DNA of 63,158 nt, counting the filler, from Sphacelaria rigidula (lineage: Eukaryota), in the NCBI GenBank assembly GCA_964200075.2. It is 7 parts of 7 records of this genome, joined end to end, with 100 filler letters (N's around TTAATTAATTAA, not from the genome) between each part and the next. Parts side by side here need not be neighbours in the genome. Positions count along the whole stretch, not along the records: positions 1 to 8,939 come from CAXNAA020009699.1; positions 9,040 to 17,978 come from CAXNAA020009700.1; 5 more parts are not named here. One strand, written 5' to 3'. The notes beneath the pieces are model-generated. The model was not told the DNA's origin, made no database searches, and saw only the letters and a list, made by a program, of their open reading frames with translations. A program made the position numbers and the translations under genes. Below are positions 1 to 12,900 of this stretch, piece by piece (position 1 is the first letter of the stretch; every line of letters begins with the position of its first letter).

Positions 1-159
1 ACTGAGGCCCTTGATATCCCTGGGTAGGATATCGACGTGTAGCTGTAAGCACACGCATGTGATGGGGGTAAAGAAAAGCACACGTTTAATACTTAAAGCG
101 AATGATCAAAGCCACTCTCAATCGTATAATCTACTCTCAATCTCACGAAAACACTGTTA
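1..159. mobile_element. Partial copy of TIR MITE family A (end CTCAATCTCACGAAAACACTGTTA)
   Basis: Shares terminal and internal sequence (GATATCGACGTGTAGCTGTA) with copies at 8086-8378 and 31657-32162. The same terminus also opens contig 6 at 45188-45247. Confidence 0.7.
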
Positions 160-494
160 TCCGTAGTCACAGGCTTGGCTCACGCAGTAGGCAGCGAGGC
201 AAAACTGTACACCTCAACCACTCACGGGCCACCAGAAAACACTACACTAGCAGCTTCATGTACAGATATAACCATCTCACAGGGTACCTCGTCTCCATTG
301 TCGAAATTCCAGGCAATACTGGTTCAATAGAGCTATACGCGATATATGCTCTCTGCGGCTGACGGGCTGTGACATCACACTTAGTCAGGGTGTGTAAAAA
401 CCGGAACGGAGCGGTTGTATTCATGCTGAACAATGTTGCTACACGCGTACCTGCCGAGGCGCTAGTAATTCGTATATGCTGCCGCACGACTCAC

Positions 495-3400
495 CGAGAT
501 GGTCGACGAGATTGCTGGTGTTGATCACGTCGAACGCGGGTCCGAATACCTCTCCTACTTCATTGAAGGCCTCTGCTCGTAAAACCATGGGTTGGACGGA
601 ACCTTGTTGGAACGCCACCGGGGGGAAATTAACTCCGAAGCCCGCAGACTCTCCGTGGGTGCTCGATTCCTCGGCGCAGTAGCCGTCTGCTGCTGTAGCC
701 AAAGCATCGCATAGGTTGATAGCGTCGCCCACATTCACAACGATGCGTACATGTGGAGAAGTTCTGGTCACTTTACCACCTGGACCTGAGGTTGGGGCGG
801 AGGCTGTGACCTCGAGAAACGACCCGCATGCCTGAGCCAGCTGGTCAAGTGCAGCGCCAAGCCAAGAATCCTGCAGCTGCTTGCGTGCTTTCTTCGAGAC
901 GTCCCCACCAGATGGGCGTATCCATTCGTGGATGTTGGTGACCCTCGGAGCACGCGTCCCGTATTCATCTTGCATATAGTCGGGCCGTAGTTTCCACGAC
1001 GCCACTTCCCACACGAAATGAAGAAGGGGAGAGAGCGGTAGCACGACTGTGGGTAATAATATTGTCCACACTACATCGGCGGGTATTTTCACGCGTTGCA
1101 AAAGCCGAACATTATTTACAGATGATGCAGGAACGAATATAATAAGCGATTATCAGATTTTGCGCAAGGAAGGGTTAGAGCTGCTTTGTTGATGAACCCG
1201 TCGCGCAGTAGCACACCCGATGGGATTTAATTGCGGCCTTAAAAAAACCCGCGTTCAGGGTCCTCAATGTGAGCATGAAATACAACCCACCTACACACGC
1301 GTGTAATTTTCGTCTAAATCACCACCTACCTGTCGTTCTGCATGAACATCCAACAAGCCACTGCAGAGTTTCGCTGAGACTTCCTGTTACTGCTCACACT
1401 GCTATGCGGTAGATAGATACTACGAGAGGTGCATCCTCCCAACACGGTACACGTTTGCCCAAATCCAACACCTGCACTACAATCGTGCACAACACCAATC
1501 ACGTACAGTAGTCAGCGTCAGAAGTATGCAGAATTCGTAGTTTCGTAGTTTCCCCAAGATTTTCGAAATTTGCAAGATTGTGTTCTGTAAGGTACGGTTT
1601 TCTGTATACCCGGGGTATTTTTCCGGGTATGTACCGTACCCGACAGTTCTGTGACTTCTATAAGACTTTCATACCGGTACCCGACAGTTCCGTAAACTCT
1701 GAGACTCCCAAACTGGTACCCGATATTTCTGTAAGCTCTGTAAGCTTCCTGTACCCTTACCCGGGATTAGGGTATACCCTTGCAGATATACCTCGTTTCA
1801 AGTACGAGCACAGGTATATATCCTCTGGAAGTATGGATACAGGTTGAATCACAACAAAACCTGATGGCTCGAACATGTACCTCCCAGCTCCTACCACCAC
1901 ACCCTGTCCTCTCATTCATTTCAGCACCCCAACCAAAAGATCCAAGGTCGTGTTCTGTAGGGTACGGTTTTCTGTATACCCGGGGTATTTTTCCGGGTAT
2001 ATACAGTACTCGACAGTTCTGTGACGCCTGTAAGACTTTCATACCGGTACCCGACAGTTCTGTAATCTCTGTAAGACATTCATACCAGTTCTGTAAGTTC
2101 TGTGCAATACATTTACCCGAACCCGAGGGGCGGGTATACGCGAAAAGAGTTACCCGATCGCCGATACCGGTTTTCTGTAATTCTCCCATATCGTACCCGA
2201 CAAGTTCTGTAAAGTCTGTAACACTTCCATACCGGTACCCGACAGTTCTGTAAGTTCTGTACATAACATTTACCCGAACCCGAGGGGCGGGTATGCCCGA
2301 AAAGAGTTACCCGATTGCCAGTACCGGTTCTCTGTAAGCCTCCCGTACCGTACCCGACAGTTGTTCTGTAAACTCTGTGAGACTCCCAAACCGGTACCCG
2401 ACAGTTCTGTGAAGTCTGTGCGGAATCGCATACCCTACAGAACGTACCCGTACCTTACAGAACACAACCTTGGAAATTGTTTTCGCTCGCCACCGCTCAT
2501 CGCAGTGACTGTTGGACGCCAAAAAATGGGCATCAGAAGATGTTCTAATCCTCTTGACAAAAATCAAAAGAAGAAATATCTGCGATCAATATTGAGTGAC
2601 TTACGGGCTTGACCAATCTTCGGGGGTCCTGCGAAATTGCAACACCAGGTTCCAGCTTTCTGGTTTTTTCAGTGGACCGACTCGATCCCGATCAGATGAT
2701 TAAAGATTCAAAACGTTTTTTTTTTTCACCTGTTCATTGCGCTAAAGCCGGAAAAACGTGTTTCTTGGACCATTTACGATCAATAACACCCTCCTGATGA
2801 ACGGGGTCTTTACTCCGTATTCGCCCAAAAAACACCAACTTGGGCACTGCAGTTTGAGCGTGGCCTACTCTTTCCCCCTGAATCTACCGGCGCTAGCACT
2901 TCCAAGTAGAAATGAAGAAAAGTACTGGAGAAGAACTAAAAAAACTACAACAACTACGGGTTCTGAAAACTTCTGATGCTGTCTACTATACCATCGATGT
3001 GGAAGGCGTCCAGGGGAAATGCTCCATAGTGCAAGCAGTATTCCAGACCCTTCCTCTCCGTCACAAGGAGCAGCGGGTTGACGAGAGTGGGCGCTTCCCG
3101 GGACACCTTACTGGCAACGAGGAGCGGAAATGGGTCCATAACGCCGCTCTGGCGATCTGAGGCGAAGCGAACATCGAGCAAAACAGGTGCTTTGAAAACC
3201 CCGGAACGTGCTATACGCACTTGTTAACATTCAGCGAAACAGTGCGACATCTCACTGTCGAAGAATTCGTGGGGGTTCCAATTACCCTACCATGTGCAGG
3301 AAAATCGGATGAATACGCCCCCTGTCATTGTTACTAGATTTTGTTATCCACTTGCCCTTGACTCTTCGACAGAAAACTCACATTTGTGGAATGTGTCCGT

Positions 3401-4890
3401 ATAGATTTCCAAGTATTCACTCAGGCGAAGTGATGCTAGCCCCATCGCCCTGGGGAAAACACTGCCGATTTGCTTTCCCCTCATTCCGGGGATTTTGCTC
3501 ATGAATGCAGCCCTCTCACGCCTCACTCTTGCGGTGGGCCTCTTGGTCTGCAGGCCTTTATCCGCGTACTGCTCAAAGATTGATTTCACACGCTCACGGC
3601 TGAGGTCGTCCGAAAACATGGCGTGCTTCCCCAGTTCCGTGGAGGCCCATTTTTCTGATGATGCTGCGGATGTAGCCAGTTTTGCCGCGACTGCTCGAAT
3701 GATCGCCAGAACCTCGGCGTCGATGAATACATTGTACATCGCGTTGAAAATCGCCCCGATCCTGTCGGCAAACGCCGCATTATTGGTCTTTGTTGTTGGA
3801 CCCGCAGGAGAGCTCAGGGCTTCGCCACGATCCAGAAGCTCTCGACAATCGAGGAACAGCTGCAGAAGCAGGAGGTTGCGGGCGTGAATAGCTGGTTCGA
3901 TGTCATTTAGAACAAACGAGAGGCGCCTCTGTTTGTTCTCGCCCTGCGCACCTCTTCGACCGTGCAGTAGTATGGTGTAGAGAAAGTCGCGAATATCGCC
4001 ACACCCGAGGCAGAGGACGTCCGCGCGGGCAGCATCGAGGGGTGCGTGCTGGAGGAGATCCGTTGGCGGGGTATTACCTATGTGCGGTGTGTGACGATAA
4101 TGAGAAAAATGCGCGATTTTCAGTTTCGGAGAGCAACCTTTTGTTTACGGTGTCACTCATACCCCACGTGGCTCATATTTGCAGTTCGCAACCAAGCATG
4201 TTCACTCGAACGAATCATTCGACCTGTCGGCCATGCTGTCGAAGTGACCGGCCATGTGAGGAGAAAGGAGAACAGTAGGGATTTTCAGCCGACGTCGAAG
4301 TAGCGTTGGTATTTTCGACAGGATGTTGAAAAGGCATCAGCACGCGTAAGCACGCGTGCGTGTGTATGGATATGCCGATTCGGTGCAGACTTATTATGAA
4401 GTAAGTGATGATATTATAGCGGACAGGATGTGCATGCCTCAAAGCCAGCAGCGACCATGCGCGAATAAACTGCGACGAGCAGGCACTACCCATGACTCAC
4501 CGCTAGGGTGGAGCACTGCAGCCCAATCATCTCTAGCCCGGACCTTGAACGCCCTATGGTGCCGTAACTGACTATGGAATACATTGCACAGGTGTGTCAA
4601 AATTGGCTCGTTCACTGCGAAGGCGTCAAAGTAGTCAATAGAGCCCCCATATCGCCAACGCATACGATTTTGACTTGGTTTGTTTTGGCGAATGCTCCTC
4701 CGGTGGAGATCCGAAGATCCCCGGGGTCAAAGAATTCAAAAAGACAGTTATCACATACCGAGAACCGCTATAGAACTCCGCTTGTATGTTCGGTGTTGCT
4801 CTCACCATATGCGTAGAAGAAGAACTGGTTGAGCACCACAGACGTGTGCGGATGCGCGAAGTAGTGTTTGAGTATGTCGCGATCGATCAT
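495..4890 (-). CDS. DUF4470-domain protein (SAM-methyltransferase-like N-terminus, a family often carrying a C-terminal zf-MYND); spliced, 3'-partial
   Basis: Phase-consistent GT-AG exons 4890-4806 (MIDRDILKHYFAHPHTSVVLNQFFYAY), 4077-3382 (GNTPPTDLL..DVLCLGCGDIRDFLYT..LNDIEPAIHARNLLLLQL), 3156-~2992 (YRQSG..NPLLL..LHYGAFPLDAFH) and ~970-495 (..VGDAINLCDAL..FDVINTSNLVDHLG; acceptor not fixed). These motifs match DUF4470 proteins as I recall them. The gene continues past the contig start. Confidence 0.8.
1573..2473. mobile_element. Intronic TIR element with internal CCGGTACCCGACAGTTCTGTAA subrepeats: full copy 1942-2473 plus a truncated copy from 1573
   Basis: CCAAGGTCGTGTTCTGTAGGGTACGG at 1942 and CCGTACCTTACAGAACACAACCTTGG ending 2473 form an inverted pair. 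1573-1760 repeats the left end. Confidence 0.7.
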
Positions 4891-6336
4891 ACTGGTGGGG
4901 TCCCTCGATTCCAATTTATTGATCCCTGGTGTCGACATGTGCGATTAAAACAAGCATTTTGAGCTTACTGATGATTTACACTGTTGGACGAACGGATAGA
5001 CCGACGCACACGGCACAGCTCAGGCTTCGCTGCGTCAACATATCGCAGCGGGTATGTCTTCGCCACCTCTCAAAACAAGTACGCCCAGCGGGATTCATAA
5101 AAAGACAACTTCCTTCCTCCTCACACAAGAAGGGGTGATGGAAGCCGAAGCCCTGTACTATGCTGCAAACGTTAATGATGAAGTCGCCGTGCTCTCTGTA
5201 GGCACAGCAACTTCGCAAACTTCCGGCTTGGATTCGCATGTATGCCTACACCAAGCTATTGTCACTAGGAAGGGCGCTGCCCCTACTGTATGTCCTGTAA
5301 GCGACCATCGGGGCCGTCTGTAAGATGAATGTATCATGAGCAGGCGGACTTTGGCAAGTTGGTACGAAGTTGATAGTACCGAATTATTCAGCGACAAATA
5401 TTTTATCTGCACGTACATGACGGGCGTCAGCGGGACTCACCTGGGATATAGCTACTGCCTGGCTGAGAGGCTGGGAGGGTGCTTGGGGTAAGTGCCGACG
5501 TGGTGTGTGTGAAGTAAAGATGCTTGTGCTGCGCATATACACATGTTATTGCCCCGGACTAGTATACAAGATTTGCTTTTTTCTCGGGAGCCACCCCTGG
5601 CAGCAGTAACCACGGGTTTACTGGAGCAGAGAACATTCCAGATTCGCACATGGAATCCTTTGGGTTCATCTTTGTTAGCGTAGTCTCTTTCGTAACGTCA
5701 TCACTTACCCCGAGGCATATTTGCACTGCTGATGAATGACATGTATCGGGGCATTTAGACTCGGTCTTTCAGCGAAATGAGGGCAAGCACGAATTTGACC
5801 GGAAATCCACAACAAAACTGTGTTTTGTACGAATATAGTCTGATTTCCGCATTGCTGCTGCCATCGACAGAAATGTCTCTTCCTACAGTGGTACGTCGGG
5901 ACTAAAGGTCCACAGCGCCTAGTCCACCGATTCCGAAATCAACGAAGAATCGAACGCGCATATAAAAATGTCTGACGCATGTCCGTGTTGTGCGTGCTTC
6001 TCAACTACCCGGATCTCTCTTACTCCGACGTGCGCGATCAGGTGGGCCTACCAATGCAAACACGTGGCCTGTGAGCATCGCTAGTATGCAGCACGCAATT
6101 TCCTCACCACCAACCCAATGACGGCAATGGTGGGTCATGTGATTCTGGCAGTGAATTTTCAAATGAAACTTGTGCCGATTCAACAGGCCCTGGTGGTCAA
6201 GAACCTCGGAGGAACTGAGTTTTGGGTCTCTACAGCTTGGATCAAGTCATCAATCAATTTGACAACGCCCTCCCTGTCGCTCGCCTTCGTCCTGAACTGT
6301 TGTATATCGCAGTCGTTGTGCATAGATATTGTCGTG

Positions 6337-6672
6337 TACACACGCGGCTATTTGGCTATACCCCAAAATGCCTCCAGGGATGCGCGGCCCTCCAGGGAGA
6401 AAGACAAGCCTCCGGAGGCCTTCCACCCCTCTAGAGGAGACCAAACTCTACCGACACGGAGGGCCGCGCACCCCTCCGGAGGAATTTGGGGGTATGCGCG
6501 GCCCTCCGGAGGCAAGAAGAAGCCTCCGGGGGCGTTCAACCCCTCTGGAGCGAACCAAAAAATCTCCTCTAGAGGGCAACGCACCCCTCCGGAGGCGTTT
6601 AATTCCTCTGGAGGCTCGAAAAGTGTATGCACCTGGAGGAAGTTTGGAGGTAGCCAAATGGCCGCGTGTGTA
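6337..6672. mobile_element. ~335-bp MITE, TA-flanked (Tc1/mariner-like), with internal palindromic CCTCCGGAGG subrepeats
   Basis: TA-CACACGCGGCTATTTGGCTA ... TAGCCAAATGGCCGCGTGTG-TA (one mismatch). Confidence 0.75.
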
Positions 6673-7683
6673 GCTACTGTTGCTGTTCTCGTTCCTAGTG
6701 TAAGTTTGGGAATCGATACATTCCTAGGGGGATCCTCCCGTGTTTTCTGCGGACGCAATATGACCTCGGCTCGTCTCCGAAAAATACAGCAAGGGCTCAA
6801 TAAAAACCCTTACATGATCATATCAAGATGCAGATCGGACCCGGTGGCCGCCTGCCGGGTAAAGGGTGAAATCGGCTTCTTTTGGGGCCATCTACGGTAG
6901 CAGCGAGCTATTACCCACACTCCCGATGGGCCAAAATGTGAGTGGCTTGATTCATCGCACGTTCACACACGCATAACCTGCAACTCGCTGTACTGCTCTT
7001 GTACATCCTGCTGCCCGAGGTGGCGTGTTGTTCAAGTTTATGACAGTCCCGTTTTACCGCGGTGTTTGTTCGTACGTTCACAGTCTCGTGACAGTCTCGC
7101 AATTTGCCCCCAAGTCGAGAGTGTGTTCTGCGAAGCTGGCGCGTTTTGTGCTGTATCAACGGTACAGTGATTTCTTGTAGGCATCAGCGACTTGAGGGAG
7201 GTAACATTGGTTCGGCGCTAGATAGCATACAGCCACCATCTTCCCAAGGCATGGTTTGAACCATCAGCCCAATGCACAGATAGAGGCAAGTGGCACGTAC
7301 TGATTTCATGTGCAAAACACGGCTGCGATGCCAGTAGGAACACTGGTCGTCCCGTAAGCGCTGCACAACCTCAGTAACATGAACACCTTCTTGCCCACGG
7401 CTCTGCCCTGTAGCGTATCAGTTATGAACACTTCGTACTTCAAACAGATATATAAACACACAATAGGCGGATTTGGGGCCTCACGTGCTCATGACTTCGT
7501 AGTAACGAGCTTCTTGCGGACTTTAACCCCAACACCGCCGGGTGATCATCCGAGTCATCCAGTATCTTACAAAGTGAAAAATGCGAGCCCCAGGCCAAGA
7601 AATGGCCCACTTTACTTCAAAAGGCTTGACCAACGAATGTCGTACTCTAGATAGCAAGCATTTTGTCCTACGAGTGTTGAGAG

Positions 7684-7755
7684 TCCCTCATAGTCCACTG
7701 GATAGGATATCTGACACTCACTCTGGAGACCCGCGATCAATTCCCGGTGAGGGAG
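7684..7755 (+). pseudogene. Degenerate tRNA-Glu(CTC)-derived sequence, probable SINE head
   Basis: TCCCTCA/TGAGGGA acceptor stem, D-loop TGGATAGG and CTC at the anticodon position are present. The anticodon stem is mismatched, the anticodon loop has A at the conserved U33 position, and the T-loop reads ATCAATT rather than TTC. A microsatellite follows about 60 nt downstream. Confidence 0.65.
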
Positions 7756-7817
7756 TATATTTTGCACAGACTGATTCCTCATGTTTTGGACAATTCGCGC
7801 ACCGTTCGTGGTAGAGG

Positions 7818-7946
<129 letters not shown>

Positions 7947-8085
7947 CTTTCCGTCACCATTCCGATATCTGCGCAGTACTCTGTACTGGGCATCTGATGC
8001 GGACACTTTCCGCGGTCACACGCAGAGCACGTGCGAATACTTGCTTTATCTTCTCTTAAAATCTGATGCGGGCGCCTTCCGCGGT

Positions 8086-8378
8086 TAACAACGTATTCGT
8101 GAGATTGGGAGCTGATTGAGACTGGGTTTCAATTTCGTTTAATTTTTTAATTTTTCCATTCCGTGTGTGCTTTTTCTTACCTGTATCACTGGCATGTGCC
8201 TACAGCTACACGTCGATATCCTGCACGGGGATATCAAGGGCTTCAGTGGCAAGCAACTCCAGAAGGCATATCGGGCCTCGTGGAGGGACATTTCGGAACT
8301 GAAACGATTCATATGCGAGTTGACCCATTTTCACTCCTAATTGTATTCTCTACTCTCAATCTCACGAAAACACTGTTG
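8086..8378. mobile_element. MITE family A copy
   Basis: TAACAACGTATTCGTGAGATTGGGAG ... CTCTCAATCTCACGAAAACACTGTTG, imperfect TIRs. Confidence 0.65.
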
Positions 8379-8939
8379 GCTACAGACAGGGTACGTACGA
8401 ATGCTTGCTTTATCTTCTCTTAACCCTTAGACAGCGACCCCCGCTGGAATGAGCTCAGAATTCAGTGGATCATTAGATGGAAACATAGCTGGTAAAATAC
8501 AGTGATGTAGGTCAAAGGGGGTGTTATCAGAGGTATAGTGGAGTATGACTGCAGTACCGCACTGAGGAGTCTTTGACAAGTCTGCAGAGAGTTGACACAG
8601 ACAGGATTGAGGTTGATACAGACAGGTTGATGCAGGGAAATTGCACAGACTATGTTGATGAGGATGCGAGAGGGCCAAGAGTCTGGAATATATCTTTTGG
8701 CTAGGACTATCTGATTGGATGCTTGGGGACGGTTGGGGGACGAATAGAGTAGCCCGAGCTGTCGACATGGCGGATAGATTGCGTCGACGAGGTGCGGTGC
8801 ATCTTCTCGATGGTGTTTTGGAGTGGGTCGTGCAGAGTGGGCACGCCCCACCCCCTTTCAGTTCTCACCATCCCCACAACAACTGGGTTTTGGTTTCCTG
8901 CAAGCAGTCTAGGCGCTACTAAAAGATATATAAACCTCT

Positions 8940-9039
8940 NNNNNNNNNNNNNNNNNNNNNNNNNNNNNNNNNNNNNNNNNNNNTTAATTAATTAANNNNN
9001 NNNNNNNNNNNNNNNNNNNNNNNNNNNNNNNNNNNNNNN
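8940..9039. other. Artificial 100-nt contig spacer (N44-TTAATTAATTAA-N44); the same at 17979-18078, 27016-27115, 36052-36151, 45088-45187, 54124-54223
   Basis: N runs with a central six-frame stop cassette. The flanking contig lengths descend from 8939 to 8935. Confidence 0.98.
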
Positions 9040-9470
9040 GTCGTCCTGTGATGGTGAGTCCGATTGGGGGTGAACGGACGTGGGGGCGGGAGGAGGGGGG
9101 GATGCGGATTCCATCATACCGCCTTTTCTCTGAAATAAAAAGTAAAAACTAGGATCTTTTAGCACCTTCAAATGGTCGACTTCCACCTTGCCCTAACAAG
9201 TTCAGGTTCCAATATTAATACCTCGAGCGAGAAATCCCAGTTACGTACATTCCCAAGGGCTTGGAAACCGCATAAATACATGTAGACGCTCACCCTAGTA
9301 TTTGCTTCGGGCATAAGTCCCGACCGACGACGAGTGGTGTCGAATTAGGTATACTCGTTCTCGATTTGGTGCCAACAGTGCACACGCCATGCCTCAAAAC
9401 ATTCCAGCCAGAACTCAGTTATTCATGTTAATTTCCCATCAATCCCTCCCCTAGCTGCCACTCGTGCTTC

Positions 9471-9550
9471 ATCTCGAAAGGGGCGCGTGGTCAATGGTCA
9501 AACGACGAACGCAAGCGACAAATGAGTACGCCCCCCCCCCCCTCCCCCCC
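9471..9550. repeat. Dispersed repeat, inverted copy at ~53085-53152
   Basis: TCTCGAAAGGGGCGCGTGGTCAATGGTCAAACGAC..AAATGAGTACGCCCCCCC matches the reverse complement of 53085-53152. Confidence 0.6.
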
Positions 9551-9913
9551 CAGCTGCCACCACAAGGCCATATCGAATTTGCTGCGTTTTGCGGTTGCTT
9601 GGGCTGTTTACCCTGGGAACGTTCCTTTCGCCCTCCGAAGTAGCGGGACCAGCCTGCATGCTGCTCTGCTTACGCGTCACGTTTTTCGATCGCTGTTGCT
9701 GTAGGCACAAACGATCGGTGTCGCCCGTTACTCCAACTTGATCGAATACACATCTATACTACGAGGTTCCTCAAAACCAGCAAAAACGATGTACAACCAC
9801 ATCCTTCGCTCTCATCGTTCCAAACAACACCCACTGTTATTCCACTCAACACCATTGTGACACGAACTTTCTACATGTCATTTGCCCCGTCTACGAGCAA
9901 ACATAATCCCCAC

Positions 9914-12900
9914 CTAAAGACTGCCTTCGACAATAAACCGTTGGAGGCAACGCTCAACACCGCCTAAAAATTCCATCACGGAAGGCTCTTGCGCCAGTCC
10001 CGATGGCACAGCTTCCAGTGCCTGGGCGCAAGCAGCGGCAGTACATGCGACGCTGGTGGCGGCCCCGTCTTCGCGCTTGACGTTCTCGAAACGGTCACTC
10101 TTGCTCTCACCATCACCTACAACAGTGAGTCCCGCGCTTCCATCTTGCTCGTCACGCGTTCGTGCATCGCCCATGACGGATTTTTTACGACCAGATGTCG
10201 CCACGGCAAGCAAGGAGCCAGCAATGCGCACGCACACGTCTAACGTTGCCGCCGTCGCTTCCACCTTCGCTGACATCGCCCCGACACCCTTGACTGCACT
10301 GAAGTCTGATGCAGTGGTAATGCTGCCCGCGGACGCATCGGTGTGAGGAGAATGAAATCGTTCCGAAAAGAGTGGACGAAGTAGCTTAGACTCCCGCAAA
10401 TGTCGCGATAATTGGGCAATGAGCTGATCATGGTCATCCCTTGGCGTGCGGGCAGCTGACCTCGGCAAGAGCACATCGTCGACCTTGGCTACCGGTACAT
10501 GACCTGAACCCTTCACCGCACTCATGCCGTGCTCGGCAGCAGAAACACCTTCAATCTCAGCAAAATCAGCCAGCACGACTACTGCGGTCGCTGTAGCAGC
10601 TCTCCAGAGAGCCGCCCTGCTGTCACCGTCATCGTCGTTGTTGCCATCACCGGACCTACTCGCACCCCTGAGCAATACCGGTGAAGAGAGACTCCGCGCC
10701 AAGCGCCGCCCCAGCGGCCTTGCGGCGGCGGCGGCGGCGGCGGCGGCCCCTGCCAGTGCCAGCGCCGCCTCTGCTGTCGACATCCTGAAATCTACGGTCG
10801 ATCTGTCATGGTGTAGCCCCACCAGCCCGGCACGATGGAGCAAGAACCGCGTGAGGGTCAGCGCGCCCAACACCACGTCTGGTGCCTGCAAGTAGGATGC
10901 GGACCTTGCTGTCGGTGTTCCTCTCCTCGATGTTGCCGCCGGTTGGTGGTGGTGCCTCCAGGCGATGGAGTGTACCGCGGCTTGGTCGTATTCCGTTGAA
11001 ACCTCAACTTCCGGGGACGCTTGAACCCGAACGGTGTCGCGCGCTACCGTGAGGGCCCACGTGATCAGGGTCCGGGCATCACGCGCGTCGTCCTTCGCCG
11101 CCGTTGTCGTGGCGCTTGTGAGCGTCGCCTGGACAGCACCAGGAGAGGCCAATAGTACCACCACCCGAGCTTTCAACTCAAGACCAATTCTACTATCAGA
11201 TAGAGAAGGCACTGACAACGAGCTGTGGAACACCGTCGCAACATGGGACAGCGCGCGCGCCTGGTGCAGATTCAAGCCCATGCCACCAACAGTACTAGCA
11301 CAAAACCCAGCGCTGCCGCTGCCGATACTGTCGCCGCCCGAGTTACTACACCCCGACCCGTCCACCGCCTGCACCTCCTCAAGGAGAGCGACCGACCTCA
11401 ATATCATCTCGGCGTCCGTGGCAACAACATCCCCGAAGGAGCCATCGCCGTGAGTCGCGCTACCTACCGATGAGAGTTGGGTGACTGCTCTTCCTTTGCC
11501 GACCGGCGGCGCCGGTGACTGCTCGTCAGCGGACCCCGCCGATGCCTCCAGACTTGTTGCCGCAGCCCAGGCGCAAGAGACAACAGCCGGCGCGAGCATC
11601 GCACACTCGTGTTCGAACACGGTCGGCGGCGTAGCCAGTCTTCGCCCCGACCGTACCAAAGACGAGAGCAGCGAAAGCAGTTGCAGCTGGAGGGGGAAGG
11701 GCAGCCCAGCTGCCGCTGCTGCTGAGGGCATCGTTCCCACAGCAGTCAATGTTGTGGCTTTCCGTCGACTACTTGTGTGAAGAGAGCTGTCGGAAAGCTG
11801 GTGAGAGAGAGGAGGCCGCCCTCGCCCCAGAGTCACGCGGACCCATGCGATTATCCCCACGGTGTTGAGCAGATATCTGTGCCAATTGGGGTTGACACGA
11901 ACAGGAGATAGGAAAGGAGGGTTTGACAAAAAAAAAGACTCATGACTTGTGGCATGGTAACCTGTCTGAACCAAGCAAAAGCGTGCGTTGAAACATTTAC
12001 TGAGAATAAAGGTATAGCTAGGCTCTTGTAGCGTCTTGTAGCGCGTCACATACACGATTTCGACCTTACATCGAAACGAACGACTGCAGCAGCCTCTCAA
12101 ATCGACGAACACACCTCGAACGGGTTACTCGACACCGACAAACTTCATTCACGTGGTGACCAATACCGTATAGGGGTACCAACGTCACAGGAACGGAGGG
12201 GGATCTACCTCGCTCCAGAGCGACGTAGCGAGGCGACCCGGTGAAGGATATCAAGCACAAGCCCTTGGAGAGCTCCGTCCGCGTCGCCTATTGGCGAATC
12301 GGTCATGGCCAGTAACAACGGCACGGCACGTTTGCCAGAAGCCAGCGCGAGATCCTCGCTCGTACGTAAGCCTGAATCACACAAGAGCAGTACGAACGCA
12401 CAGCATGGATGAGACGCGCCATAGGGAACCGGATTAAATCTATGATCCCTCCTCTGAACATTTATATATATATATATATTCATCACTAGGATAAATGTGC
12501 AGTACCTGCTTCGAACATAGTTGGTAATATTTACATCCCACTCTCGAATATAATGACACTCGCGCCATCAGAAGGTAGCTTCTGAGCCGTGCGAACACGC
12601 TCCAAATCTCCGTCACCAAAGTAGCACATGCACAAGATGATATAGGATATCTACCGTCTCTCAAGGCGCGCAGCATCCACATCCTGGCCTTCCCGGCTGC
12701 GGCGGGGTCGGCACCCGCCACACCCAGACCGCCCCCCGGTCCACCTCCTCCTCCACGCTGAACTCCAGTGAAAAGAGTATCGAACAGCGGAAGCTCATCC
12801 ACGCGAATATAGGGACGATGTAGCAGGAAACTGTTGCGTCGGATTTGGGCAATCAATGACGGGAAAAGAAGAAAAAAGACGGAGTGGGGGCGGCGACTGT

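Noticed and set aside
6118..6900. 260-aa protein-coding ORF
   Set aside because: The middle third is a stop-poor MITE and no domain is recognisable. Possible small minus-strand exons near 6180-6295 and 6915-7365 could not be assembled convincingly.
7684..7755. Functional tRNA-Glu
   Set aside because: The T-loop lacks TTC, the anticodon and T stems are mismatched, and U33 is absent.
8940..9039. Regularly spaced TTAATTAATTAA motif as a biological periodic signal
   Set aside because: It is an artificial linker within N runs.
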